The notes under the pieces are model-generated. The model made no database searches, was not told where the DNA came from, and saw only the letters and a program-made list of their open reading frames with translations. The translations under genes and the position numbers were made by a program. From a virus (Duplodnaviria > Caudoviricetes): DNA of 64,000 nucleotides. Shown here piece by piece: positions 10,358 to 19,362 of the stretch; positions within the stretch are counted from its first letter, which is position 1; every line of letters begins with the position of its first letter. Where the stretch lies: the IMG/VR virus record IMGVR_UViG_3300047539_000078, positions 32,001-96,000 of that record, one strand, 5' to 3'.

Positions 10358-10412
10358 TAACAAAGGACTTAAAGTCTAGCCATTTCATCCCCGCCCGTGG
10401 TATAATGCTTGT

Positions 10413-10622
10413 ATGGAAAACAAAATCATCGCTATCCGAGACTACAACAACTTCTTGGGATTGTTCTCCCTTCAGAAGATCACTCTCCCGGTAGGTGCCC
10501 AGCTCTCGTCCTTTGAGAGCCGCCGCTGGAATGTCCGCTCCGCCAACCAAGCGGGTCTTGATTTCCTCAAGACCCACAACATCCGCTACTCTATCTACGA
10601 CAAGGAGGCGATCTACCAATGA
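10413..10622 (+). CDS. Hypothetical protein (leaderless)
   Basis: TGGTATAAT ends 6 nt before ATG. Confidence 0.65.
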   Translation: MENKIIAIRDYNNFLGLFSLQKITLPVGAQLSSFESRRWNVRSANQAGLDFLKTHNIRYSIYDKEAIYQ

Positions 10623-10972
10623 GCGTAAAAATGCGACAGATCGTCGAAAGGGAAATCTGCACCGAGATCGTGAAATCCCTGCTCCGGGCCGGGTTTTCAA
10701 TCTCGGTTGACAACGGAGACAACAACGGCGAGGACTTCGAGATCGCCCGCAGCCACAGCAAGACGGCGGTTTTGAAGGCCATGTTCCAAACGGATGACGA
10801 ACATCTGTATGTCTACAATCGGAGCCCGCATGCAGCCGGAGCGTTCGGCTGGGTACGGTTCGTGTACGGCAATGACGGCTGGGACGTGCTCAGCGATTAC
10901 TCGGTGAACCTTGAAAAGTTCATCGGCGACGGGACGCCCGTTCAAAAGGTAGTAGATAAGTACGCGGACTGA
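10619..10972 (+). CDS. Hypothetical phage protein
   Basis: AGGAGG RBS, ATGA overlap; GWVRFVYGNDGWDVLSDY motif. Confidence 0.75.
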   Translation: MSVKMRQIVEREICTEIVKSLLRAGFSISVDNGDNNGEDFEIARSHSKTAVLKAMFQTDDEHLYVYNRSPHAAGAFGWVRFVYGNDGWDVLSDYSVNLEKFIGDGTPVQKVVDKYAD

Positions 10973-10974
10973 CT

Positions 10975-11163
10975 ATGCTGACTGTCCGCTTGGGGCGCTT
11001 CATTTACGGCCTTTTCAGGCCGCGCCCCCCAAAACCGGTTGAGCCCGAGCCGCTAATTTTACCCGAGAGCTATGGCTATGTCTGTCCCGTATGCGGGGAA
11101 CTTTTTAGCCTATTCTTTTGGGAGTGCAAGTGCATTCCGAGACGGAGAATAGATGATGATTAG
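10975..11163 (+). CDS. Small Cys-containing hypothetical protein
   Basis: CPVCG...CKC; operon position. Confidence 0.45.
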   Translation: MLTVRLGRFIYGLFRPRPPKPVEPEPLILPESYGYVCPVCGELFSLFFWECKCIPRRRIDDD

Positions 11164-11326
11164 TACAAACCCAAAAGACCCTAACCATCTGTACGAAGAC
11201 GGCAAAGGCGTGTGGCATTGGCAAGTGTTCCATTCCAGTGCGGGAATGGCGGGTGGGACGGCAAAAACTCGGAAAGACGCCATCGTAAAGGCCAAATGCG
11301 CTATCGCAGATTTGCTTTGTAACTAA
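11153..11326 (+). CDS. Small hypothetical protein (57 aa)
   Basis: GGAG RBS; fills the gap in the operon. Confidence 0.45.
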   Translation: MMISTNPKDPNHLYEDGKGVWHWQVFHSSAGMAGGTAKTRKDAIVKAKCAIADLLCN

Positions 11327-11339
11327 ACGGGAGACAGCC

Positions 11340-12032
11340 ATGATCGAAGACATGAAGGAGCAAGCGCCCTACATGGGAGTCGTGAAGGTCGGGAGGATTT
11401 CCGGCCAGATGGAACTATTCGACTCCGATGTCACGCACCAGCATTTCATCGGCTTGGAAATCTGCCACGCGGAGACCGAGCGGCACAATTCGCAGAATTG
11501 GGTCCATGGCGGCAAGGAAATCATCAGGGTGTACATGTCCGAGATTCAATGGGCGCAACTTCTGTCGAGCATGAACCAGGGCGGCGGCGTCCCCTGCACG
11601 CTCAACCACATCGAAGGGAAGCGCATCGCTCCCCCGCCCGAGCCGAAGTCCATCGCCAGCACATTCCACAAGGAAATCGTCGAGACGGCGAAGGACTCCC
11701 TGAACGCCATCAAGAGCGCCATTTCCACGGTAGAGAAGGCGTTCGAGCCGAAGGCGAAGGCTCTCAACAAGACCGAACTCGCCGCCGTGCTCGGCAACCT
11801 ACAGAAGGCCGTGCGGGAGTTCGAGAACAACCTGCCGTTCGTCGAGGATCAGTTCACGGAGGCCATGGAGACCAGGATGTCCGAGGCGAAGTCGTCCTTC
11901 GAGGGCTACATGAACAACCGGCTCCGCTCGCTCGGCCTTGAAACCGCCGCGTTGCAGGCCGCGACCGACGAGGCCCCGAAGCCGAACTTCCTGCTCCCCG
12001 AGGGAAGAGGGCACGGACTCACGGACATATGA
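11340..12032 (+). CDS. Hypothetical phage protein
   Basis: GGGAG RBS; 230 aa with typical codon bias. Confidence 0.75.
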   Translation: MIEDMKEQAPYMGVVKVGRISGQMELFDSDVTHQHFIGLEICHAETERHNSQNWVHGGKEIIRVYMSEIQWAQLLSSMNQGGGVPCTLNHIEGKRIAPPPEPKSIASTFHKEIVETAKDSLNAIKSAISTVEKAFEPKAKALNKTELAAVLGNLQKAVREFENNLPFVEDQFTEAMETRMSEAKSSFEGYMNNRLRSLGLETAALQAATDEAPKPNFLLPEGRGHGLTDI

Positions 12033-12071
12033 TCCTTGACGCGGACGCGGCCCCCATAGTATCATACCGTC

Positions 12072-12317
12072 GTGGGGTCGGTAAAACGCGGCCACCTACC
12101 GCCGGGGCATTACACCGACCCCTATAAAAAAATGAGCGACGCAACCAAGCTTTTGCAGGATGTCCTCGACTACCTCCGGCGCACGCGGTCCGGAACGGGC
12201 ATCTACGCATCCCGCAAGGCGGACGAGAACGGCGCTGCACAACTGGAAGGATGCGAGAAGGATCGGTTCCTCATGGCCGAGCGTGTCGAGAAGTTCCTTG
12301 CGCAATCCGCCGAGTAG
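12072..12317 (+). CDS. Hypothetical protein
   Basis: TAGTATCAT 6 nt before GTG. Confidence 0.5.
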   Translation: MGSVKRGHLPPGHYTDPYKKMSDATKLLQDVLDYLRRTRSGTGIYASRKADENGAAQLEGCEKDRFLMAERVEKFLAQSAE

Positions 12318-12334
12318 GGGTATTATAGAAGGCT

Positions 12335-12511
12335 ATGGGACCAAACCTGAACACCCCAGAGGGCCGGGACTTTTGGGCGCACATAGAAATGATCGCCGAG
12401 CAGGCGAGTCACTGGCCCAAGTGGATGGGCGGCGAGGGAGTAGAGCCGCTGATCTGCCCGACCTGCAGTCGCCCTTTGGACAAATCGTTACCCGATGCTC
12501 CGCAAATCTAG
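12335..12511 (+). CDS. Small hypothetical protein with CPTC
   Basis: GGGTATTAT promoter-like motif upstream; 58 aa. Confidence 0.5.
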   Translation: MGPNLNTPEGRDFWAHIEMIAEQASHWPKWMGGEGVEPLICPTCSRPLDKSLPDAPQI

Positions 12512-13286
12512 CCTCGTTCTGTGCCTCTTCGTGACGGGCTGTATGTCCGCCGCGATGAAGCGCCCGTATGCGAGTATCTCGGACGCATCCGTATCCGCCG
12601 CCCTCGACGCAAAGAATGCCTACTTCGTAGCCGAGGATGCCTACAACGGCGAGCAGGCCGACGAACTCGTGCAGCGTTACAAGGATCACGGCTACACGCC
12701 GGGGGAAATCACCACATTCCTATCGTTGAAGGACATGAGAGCCCGTATAGAAGCCGTTGATGTGCTCGGCAAATATGGTGAGCGAATCAACTTCATACTC
12801 AATCCGAAGTTCGCCGCAACGACGCAGTCGAAACAGGGGGGTTCAAAGACTTCGTCATCAAAGTCGAGCGGTCCGTTCCCGTTTCCGAAGCTCACGCAAT
12901 CCGAGGTCAACACCGCACAGCAGGCCATCGCTTACATCGGGGAGGCACTTGCCAGCATCAAGACCCGGCGACAGCTCCCGAAGGCGGTGGCCAAAGCCGA
13001 TCCGAGCATCCAAGTCTTATGCGACCTGTTCATCCGCGACATCGACACGCTGCGTGCTGAAGTCAAGGAATCCTTTGAGACGCGGCTCATCTTGGAGAAC
13101 GATTTCATCAGGGACAACTGGGACGACATGGACGCCTTGGAGCACCAGTCCGAGATAGCCAAGCTGCCAGCCATAGAGAAGCAGGCGCGGGATGCCGAAG
13201 ACACATTAGCGAAGGCGCAGGACGAACTCAAGCGCGTGGCGGAGCAGAGTCGCAAGATAGCGGAGGAATACCATGGCAAGAAGTGA
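12495..13286 (+). CDS. Putative lipoprotein, helical
   Basis: MLRKSSLVLCLFVTGC lipobox-like signal; coiled-coil C-terminus. Confidence 0.6.
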   Translation: MLRKSSLVLCLFVTGCMSAAMKRPYASISDASVSAALDAKNAYFVAEDAYNGEQADELVQRYKDHGYTPGEITTFLSLKDMRARIEAVDVLGKYGERINFILNPKFAATTQSKQGGSKTSSSKSSGPFPFPKLTQSEVNTAQQAIAYIGEALASIKTRRQLPKAVAKADPSIQVLCDLFIRDIDTLRAEVKESFETRLILENDFIRDNWDDMDALEHQSEIAKLPAIEKQARDAEDTLAKAQDELKRVAEQSRKIAEEYHGKK

Positions 13287-13608
13287 AGCGGTCGCGGCGA
13301 TGCAGGCGGCGGACAACGCCCTCGTGCAGTTGTACTGGAGCACGGCTTTTGGTGAAGGAACCATGGAAGCCAGACACACCGTCTCGGAAGCGCACATGAA
13401 GCTGTTCCTGGCCATCACGGCGCTGAACAAGGAGGACCTGGAATCCCGCACCGAGCAATTCAAAGCGGCTGTGGAAGGTGCCAAGTTCGCCCTCAAGGAC
13501 TTGACATCCTTGGCTCACGACCTTGAGGGGATCGTCAAGAACACCGACCGCCTTTCGGCGCTGGTCGGCACGATAGGGAAGGCGGCCATGGCACTGGAGG
13601 CACTGTGA
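13273..13608 (+). CDS. Helical hypothetical protein
   Basis: GGAGG RBS; coupled to the lipoprotein gene. Confidence 0.65.
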   Translation: MARSEAVAAMQAADNALVQLYWSTAFGEGTMEARHTVSEAHMKLFLAITALNKEDLESRTEQFKAAVEGAKFALKDLTSLAHDLEGIVKNTDRLSALVGTIGKAAMALEAL

Positions 13609-14103
13609 CGATCACGTTCGTCTACTTCTTTCTCGCGGTGATGCTCGGTCACTTCGTCGGGGACTATCTGCTCCAGAACCAATGGATGGCGATCAACAAG
13701 TCCCTAAGCCCGGGATGGCTGGGACACTCTCGCCTGTTCCGTCCACGTGTACCTGCTTTACACGCTCGCCATAGGGCTGTTTGTGACAATATCGCATCCG
13801 ATACACTACCGAAGCCCGAAGTGGTTCCTGTTCCTGCTCGCCGTGTACGGTTCCGCACTGGATCTCATCGATCGCTGGAGCTCTGGCGAACTACATCCTG
13901 CGGTTCAAGAACGGTTTTTGGAACAAGCGACATCAGCCTATGGGATTTAACAATCTGCTGAAGATGGAAAGCGACTTCCGTTCGAGAAGGCAATCACTAA
14001 TGGTTCGTGGAAGATTGCTTTCGCAGCTCCCGTCTATATCATGAACGACAACACTTTACACTTCGTCTGCCTGTGGTTCACGGTGCGGTACTTCTTCTCA
14101 TGA
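13605..14103 (+). CDS. DUF3307-like membrane protein (several frameshifts)
   Basis: GHFVGDYLLQNQWMAINK and a C-terminal DNTLH motif in another frame. Confidence 0.6.
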
Positions 14104-14267
14104 CCAGAAACGAAGGCACATTGTATACCCTTTGCATTCTACTGTTCCTCTGTGTTATCCTTCTTTGGGGAGTGTATGTCGACCGCGTGCAAAGTCGCGA
14201 GGCTGCCAAGGCCAGAGCGGAGCATTGCCCCGGCGCGGCGCTCTTCGTGCCTTGCAAAATGCCTTAA
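14100..14267 (+). CDS. Small membrane protein
   Basis: ATGA overlap; one TM segment. Confidence 0.5.
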   Translation: MTRNEGTLYTLCILLFLCVILLWGVYVDRVQSREAAKARAEHCPGAALFVPCKMP

Positions 14268-14276
14268 GGAGTGAAA

Positions 14277-14537
14277 ATGAAGGTCTATATCACGAAGCAT
14301 GCTCTGACTCAGGGCATTTACGAGGTAGACGTGGAGCAACCAAACAAGGATTACCCGGATTCCGTCTTCGCCAAAAAAGACGGTTCATTCGGCGTATACC
14401 GGGACAGCTTCCACGGACAGGGTAAAGAATGGCACCGCAGCTTGGCGTCCGCCGAGTGCAAGGCGGAACAGATGCGCGTGGCGAAGATCGTCAGCCTGAA
14501 GAAGCAAATCAAGAAGCTGGAAGAGATGGCATTCTGA
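14277..14537 (+). CDS. Hypothetical phage protein
   Basis: AAGGAG RBS; KVYITKHALTQGI...KIVSLKKQIKKLE is a common phage small-protein pattern. Confidence 0.7.
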   Translation: MKVYITKHALTQGIYEVDVEQPNKDYPDSVFAKKDGSFGVYRDSFHGQGKEWHRSLASAECKAEQMRVAKIVSLKKQIKKLEEMAF

Positions 14538-14707
14538 TGACCAAGATGTGGACACCCTTTGATTCTATGGGATTTTCGGATTTAGTAAACCGACCCCAGC
14601 GCGGCAAGGTCATCCAGATGCCTTCGCGGAAAAAACCGATCCTAGTTCCGTGTCGAGTCTGCGGGCATCCCGCCCACAGCGGCAAGTGTTCCATTTGCGG
14701 ATGTTAG
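14537..14707 (+). CDS. Small Zn-ribbon-like protein
   Basis: CRVCGH...CSICGC; TGATG coupling. Confidence 0.45.
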   Translation: MTKMWTPFDSMGFSDLVNRPQRGKVIQMPSRKKPILVPCRVCGHPAHSGKCSICGC

Positions 14708-14766
14708 ATTTGGGAATAACTCCCACAAAAAACGAACTGTTGGTGTGATGGTCTGCGTACTGAGCA

Positions 14767-15582
14767 TCAGAACTCCATCCGAGCCCCACGCTCGACCGTT
14801 TTTCTGAACTGTTCCCAGCCGAAGAAGTTCCCAGACCACATCCCTTGATTCGGGCACGCCTGGTGCTCGATCGGGCTCGCGTGCATGGGTTCGCCCCCTA
14901 CCAATCGGTCGTAGAGTTCCATGTCCTTCTCGACATTAGGACTCGTCCCATCGTGGTTGACATACGACACACGGGCGCAGCGGGCGACGCTGCACTTGAT
15001 CTGCGTGTTGAGGTCCAACTCCCGGCGTTCGTTCTGCTGCACGTACGGCAGGTGCCATTCTGTTAAGCATGGCGTGGGTGTGCTCTTCTCCATGGCTTCC
15101 CGGATGGCGTATGCCAGCGTCTGCATCTCGGGCATAGCGTCCTTGTGGCAGCGCAGTCCAAAGAAGTTGTCCCATTCGGTGGATGTCAGCACGACATGGG
15201 TCCACATCCACGGTTCCAGCAGGCGGTTCGTGATCTGCTTGTGGAGTCCCAATTCGCCCAGGAGCGTCGCCGACTTGACGGCATTGTCGCGGGCTTCCAG
15301 CCAAAGGCGCAACGCCTCCGCCTTCTGCTCGTCGGATAGTTCCTCGTTCGCCTGCATTCCCTTTTGGTTCTTGCCCCATGAAACCGGGATGGCCGGATCG
15401 TTGACTACCTGTGCGATCATCTTGGCCACGGGGATGGCCCGGCTGCTGCTCGCGTTGCGGGAGAACACGCGGTGCGTGTTGAATTCCGAGAGGATGAAGC
15501 GGTGGAACTGCAATTGGACGGTGGTGAGGCGGTGCCCCAACGATGTTACCGAATCCTCCACGATGGTCGCTTTGATCGCCAT
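14767..15582 (-). CDS. thyX: FAD-dependent thymidylate synthase (phage ThyX-like)
   Basis: EFNTHRVFSRNASSSRAIP, HKQITNRLLEPW, ARCARVSY, HASPIEHQA. Confidence 0.85.
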   Translation of the reverse strand: MAIKATIVEDSVTSLGHRLTTVQLQFHRFILSEFNTHRVFSRNASSSRAIPVAKMIAQVVNDPAIPVSWGKNQKGMQANEELSDEQKAEALRLWLEARDNAVKSATLLGELGLHKQITNRLLEPWMWTHVVLTSTEWDNFFGLRCHKDAMPEMQTLAYAIREAMEKSTPTPCLTEWHLPYVQQNERRELDLNTQIKCSVARCARVSYVNHDGTSPNVEKDMELYDRLVGGEPMHASPIEHQACPNQGMWSGNFFGWEQFRKTVERGARMEF

Positions 15583-15583
15583 G

Positions 15584-18382
15584 CTAAATCTCGCACGACC
15601 CGCCAGCGCACGCCATTTCCTTCTGTGAGGTCGTGCCGTCCTCGATTTCGAATTCAGGCAAGCGGTTCCAATCTACGACCGGGAACGCGGCGACCAGCTT
15701 GTCGTATTCGGCCTTGGTGATTTCCGTGTTCGGAGCCTGTTTGTAGCAGTGCTCCGAGTACGGCAGGAACGAGATGCCGCCGATTTCGTCGAAGTTCTTG
15801 TAGACCCATGCACCGGCCTCCAGCCACTCATGCTCGCGGATGTAGACCGTGCACGACGGGTTGTGCTCCGTCCAATGGCGCTTGTAGGTCAGGTAGAGTT
15901 CGAGCTGCTGGATGGCGTTGCGGTCCTTGCGGAACACGCTCGTGTCCGGGGACTTCATCGGGAAGTAGAAGACGCAGACATCGTTCGGCTTGTTGATCTC
16001 CGGCTCCCAGGGCACTCCCATGGCCTTGAGGAAGTTGCTCACCGGGTCCTTGGCGTCGTTGCGGGTGGCACGGAGGACGAAGGGGCTGTGGCGGTCGTGG
16101 ATGCCGGGGGCACAGTCCACAAGTTGCGAGACCGTCCCGCTTGGCTTGTTGCAAGTTACGGCAGCGGCGGGGTTTATACCGAGCTTTTCGCTCCATTCGA
16201 TGTTGACCTCGATGCAGAACTGCCGCAATGAATCAAGGTTCTTTTCAAGGTCAGGTCCGTTTACGGATGTAAGTCTATTGTCTTCAATGCCGGTCAGGGA
16301 AACACCCAATAGGCGCTCTTCCTCGGCATTTTTCTTCCACTGCTTACGTAGATAGCGGAAATCGGTGAGCGTCGCCTGTAGGGTGCCCAGGATCGTCGCT
16401 AAACGTGCTTTACGGCGGATGTCCGCCCAGGTGTCGGTCGGTCGTACGACCACTTCCGTGAGGTTGCAGAAGCTCATGGAGCGGAGGAGAATCTCGCCGC
16501 ACGGGTTGCAGCCGAATTCGATGCCCTCCCACTTGCGGCGACCGGTCGCCTTTGCGGCCAGTTGGGCGGCATACCGGTTGAAGATGCCGCGTTCCCCGGA
16601 CTTGGACTCGTGGAGGGACAGCCATTCCTTCATGAACATCCCGATTTCAGGCTTTTCGGTGTAGACGGCGGAGTTGTTCGCCAGGCGACGCCACGGGGTG
16701 TTCTCTTCCTTGTACCATTCCCCGGTCTTGGCGTGGCGCATGCGCTCGTCGGACAGGTTGGAGAGGGAAATCATGGCGGAACGCCGGACGCCCCCGGACA
16801 CGACGACATCGGCGACCTTGCACATGAGGTCGTGGCATTCTAGGGAGGTTAGCTTGCGACCCGCAGCGCCCTGGAACAGGTGGACGGAGAACTTCATCAG
16901 GTCGTTGAGGGGTTCGGGACCGGATGCTCGACCGCCGAATGTCTTGAGCTTGGCACCCTTCTCTCGGATGGCGGACAAATCCCAGGTGGGGATCATGCCG
17001 GTGTAAAGCAGTGCGATGAGTTCCTTGAACGCGGTGGCCCAGCCGATTTTGGAATCGCGGACCTTGAGGACGACGCTGCTGTTGTGGAAACTTTCCGCGA
17101 CTACTGGAAGCTGATTGATATACTGGCGCTCGACGGAGAAACCGACCCCGGTCCCGCACATCGAAAGGTACATCGCTTCGTCGAACGCACGCTGGTCGTC
17201 GACGGCTAGATACGCGCAGTTCCCGGTCAAAATGCCATCCGCCAGCGTGAATGCGTGTGTTGCAGGTTCCATGACGCAGAAGACTTCCTCCGGTTCATCC
17301 AAGGGGGTTATGGCTTCAACCTTGAACCATCCGCTCTTTTGTATGGTAAGTCGTTGCAGGGGGTGCTTGCGGACTCCGTAAGGAGTCTCCATTGTAGGGT
17401 CGGTGTTTTTCCCGGTGATGATGTAACCGGCGAGGGGAGAGATTTCCTCAACAAATCTAATAGCAGCATCACTTTGCGAACTCAGGCTGGGTTGTTCCGG
17501 GCGCATGCATCCATCCGCCGCCAGATAACCTTCTAACCAGTTCTTGAGATAGTCGGCATCGGCATCAGTAGGCAGTTTTTTCCAGGTTTCGAAAAATCCT
17601 TTGTGAAATAGTACAACCGCGTCCCCTCCATAGGATGGGGGAAAGCAAACCGAGCAATGACCATAGGATTCAAATATATGCAGCCATTGTTTGTCTTTTT
17701 CCCCGCACAAGCGGACTTTCGCACGGCCACGGGTATCAATCGTACCGTCTCCGAATCCGAAACCAGCTATCCAAGCTTCAGCATTGAACACGACGGAATC
17801 CACGGGAGCACCTACAAAGCGCACTATGTCCCCAACTTGGAGGTCCGTCACTTCTCCGCGATTTTCCGTAAGCCAACGATGGTTAGGGGTTACGGTTATT
17901 TTTCTGCGGATATTCGTCCGAGAACGCCCATGCGGTTCACGTGTCGGCTTGAACGATACCTCCTGGACCGGTTGGATGCCGAAGGATGCAACATCAGCGT
18001 CGGACCACAACCCGTTTTTGGTTAAGACCTTGTGGGTTTGGCCGAACGCCTCAATAAAAGTCTTCACCCCGTCCTTGGTCAGGAATTTTTGGTGCCCCGC
18101 GAAGCAGTTGTATCCGGCAGCGTTGTCTTTCTCTAAAGCCTTGCCAGCCGTCATCATGGCACGCATCGACGGCATGACTTCCATGGCGATGATGGCCTGC
18201 TGGATTTCCTTCACCACCTTTTGCCGATCTTTTTCTGGAATGCGTCCCGAGAAGAAGTCCATGTAGCGTTGGATTGTTTCTTCCCCGTGTTCTCTTCGGT
18301 TTAGATCATCTCTCCATCTTGCGTAGCGTGTTTTGTGGATGAATGACGAATAAAATGCACCGACGTGATTTGAATTTGGCAT
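15584..18382 (-). CDS. nrdJ: Class II (B12-dependent) ribonucleotide reductase with an intein
   Basis: PSMRAM, GTGVGFS, ASGPEPL, GGVRRSA, NPCGEI, FCNLTE, KPSGTVSQL, EHNPS, C-terminal CAGGSC. Confidence 0.92.
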   Translation of the reverse strand: MPNSNHVGAFYSSFIHKTRYARWRDDLNRREHGEETIQRYMDFFSGRIPEKDRQKVVKEIQQAIIAMEVMPSMRAMMTAGKALEKDNAAGYNCFAGHQKFLTKDGVKTFIEAFGQTHKVLTKNGLWSDADVASFGIQPVQEVSFKPTREPHGRSRTNIRRKITVTPNHRWLTENRGEVTDLQVGDIVRFVGAPVDSVVFNAEAWIAGFGFGDGTIDTRGRAKVRLCGEKDKQWLHIFESYGHCSVCFPPSYGGDAVVLFHKGFFETWKKLPTDADADYLKNWLEGYLAADGCMRPEQPSLSSQSDAAIRFVEEISPLAGYIITGKNTDPTMETPYGVRKHPLQRLTIQKSGWFKVEAITPLDEPEEVFCVMEPATHAFTLADGILTGNCAYLAVDDQRAFDEAMYLSMCGTGVGFSVERQYINQLPVVAESFHNSSVVLKVRDSKIGWATAFKELIALLYTGMIPTWDLSAIREKGAKLKTFGGRASGPEPLNDLMKFSVHLFQGAAGRKLTSLECHDLMCKVADVVVSGGVRRSAMISLSNLSDERMRHAKTGEWYKEENTPWRRLANNSAVYTEKPEIGMFMKEWLSLHESKSGERGIFNRYAAQLAAKATGRRKWEGIEFGCNPCGEILLRSMSFCNLTEVVVRPTDTWADIRRKARLATILGTLQATLTDFRYLRKQWKKNAEEERLLGVSLTGIEDNRLTSVNGPDLEKNLDSLRQFCIEVNIEWSEKLGINPAAAVTCNKPSGTVSQLVDCAPGIHDRHSPFVLRATRNDAKDPVSNFLKAMGVPWEPEINKPNDVCVFYFPMKSPDTSVFRKDRNAIQQLELYLTYKRHWTEHNPSCTVYIREHEWLEAGAWVYKNFDEIGGISFLPYSEHCYKQAPNTEITKAEYDKLVAAFPVVDWNRLPEFEIEDGTTSQKEMACAGGSCEI
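17219..18106 (-). mobile_element. Intein (296 aa) with LAGLIDADG homing endonuclease in nrdJ
   Basis: Begins CFAGHQKFLT, block B TPNHRW, LAGLIDADG-like WIAGFGFGDG and WLEGYLAADG, ends ILTGN followed by Cys; lower GC than flanks. Confidence 0.9.
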
Positions 18383-18540
18383 TGGCTGCGAACGACCTCA
18401 GGGTGAAAAATGCGCGTAGTTTGGAGAGAAATCAGGCGACGTATTAGGGTTGGAAAAAATTCTATTCTCTTCATTAGCGAACCGAATTTATAATACCCGA
18501 ACGAGGAGTAGTTGCGGCTAGTTTGTTTTCGCTTTTTTCA

Positions 18541-18873
18541 TCAGAACTTCGAGGAGCGATGCCCAGAATTTTTCCCAATCGTAGTCGGGATCGTTCTTGA
18601 ATTCATTGCCTTCCAGGTACACGCTCTTGTGCACCTGACGCGCCAAGCGCTTGCAAAGCAGCACCGTGTCGCTCGGGATGCCGTCCACGAGAACCATCGG
18701 AAAAACGAACGCGGACGGTTTTCAACGCGGTCATCCACGTGCGTGAAGTGCGTGATTATGACCTCGTCGCCTTCGTCGCTGCAATTCCATTCGTTCCAGT
18801 TGTCGGTCATCCCGAAAAGAATCTGCTCCAAGTGCTTGATGGGGACGACAAAATACTCTTTGTCCTGTTCCAT
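18541..18873 (-). CDS. Hypothetical protein (possible frameshift)
   Basis: ATG 6 nt after the minus-strand TATACT of a palindromic promoter. Confidence 0.5.
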   Translation of the reverse strand: MEQDKEYFVVPIKHLEQILFGMTDNWNEWNCSDEGDEVIITHFTHVDDRVENRPRSFFRWFSWTASRATRCCFASAWRVRCTRACTWKAMNSRTIPTTIGKNSGHRSSKF

Positions 18874-18877
18874 CCCC

Positions 18878-18889
18878 GTAGTATACTAC
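18878..18889. promoter_or_regulatory. Palindromic bidirectional -10 element GTAGTATACTAC
   Basis: Perfect 12-bp palindrome in the 22-bp gap between divergent ATGs at 18873 and 18896. Confidence 0.6.
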
Positions 18890-18895
18890 CCCTTG

Positions 18896-19036
18896 ATGAA
18901 CTGGGGCAAGGCATTCGCGTACACGCAGGCTCTCACGTGCTTCGCCGCGTCGATCTGCTACTTCGCGGTAGGCAACATCCGGTTCGGATTCTATTGGCTC
19001 CTGGCCGGATGCCTCACCGTCACGGTGACGGTTTAA
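18896..19036 (+). CDS. Small two-TM membrane protein
   Basis: MNWGKAFAY...; hydrophobic 46 aa. Confidence 0.55.
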   Translation: MNWGKAFAYTQALTCFAASICYFAVGNIRFGFYWLLAGCLTVTVTV

Positions 19037-19043
19037 AAAGACC

Positions 19044-19073
19044 TTGACATTGATTCAAGTTTCGCGGTATTAT
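19044..19073 (+). promoter_or_regulatory. Sigma70-type promoter P1
   Basis: TTGACA (19044) - 18 nt - TATTAT (19068). Confidence 0.7.
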
Positions 19074-19079
19074 AACCGT

Positions 19080-19176
19080 GACTGATGTACCCGAGTGAAA
19101 ACATTGGCCCCGCATGGTAGCGAGGTGAGCTACAGAGTAGCGTTCGTAACTGAGCAGGATTGCGGGGTTCAATTTA
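19080..19176 (+). ncRNA. Candidate small structured RNA
   Basis: Directly after P1; closing stem ATTGGCCCCGCA/TGCGGGGTTCAAT with an internal GTAGC/GCTAC hairpin; no ORF. Confidence 0.45.
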
Positions 19177-19181
19177 TCAGC

Positions 19182-19210
19182 TTGACAAATGAAGTGAGAA
19201 ATGCGACTAT
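19182..19210 (+). promoter_or_regulatory. Sigma70-type promoter P2 for the leader and tRNA operon
   Basis: TTGACA (19182) - 17 nt - TGn GACTAT (19205). Confidence 0.6.
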
Positions 19211-19227
19211 GAAACTCTAGGCTGAAC

Positions 19228-19362
19228 ATGAACACTCTTCTCAAGACCGGACGAATTACCCGAGATACCTTCGACAACGTCGTCAGCTTCCAGGACGGCG
19301 TGGTCGTGACATCCGTACGCATTGACACGGATGGTGAACGAGGTATCGAGGTTGGCATCTAA
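19228..19362 (+). CDS. Candidate leader peptide (44 aa) of the tRNA operon
   Basis: MNTLLKTGRITRDTFDNVVSFQDGVVVTSVRIDTDGERGIEVGI; between P2 and the first tRNA. Confidence 0.55.
   Translation: MNTLLKTGRITRDTFDNVVSFQDGVVVTSVRIDTDGERGIEVGI

Noticed and set aside
19082-19102. Hammerhead-like CTGATG...GAAAC
   Set aside because: The core reads CTGATGT rather than CTGANGA, stem II is only ~2 bp, and I found no convincing stems I and III
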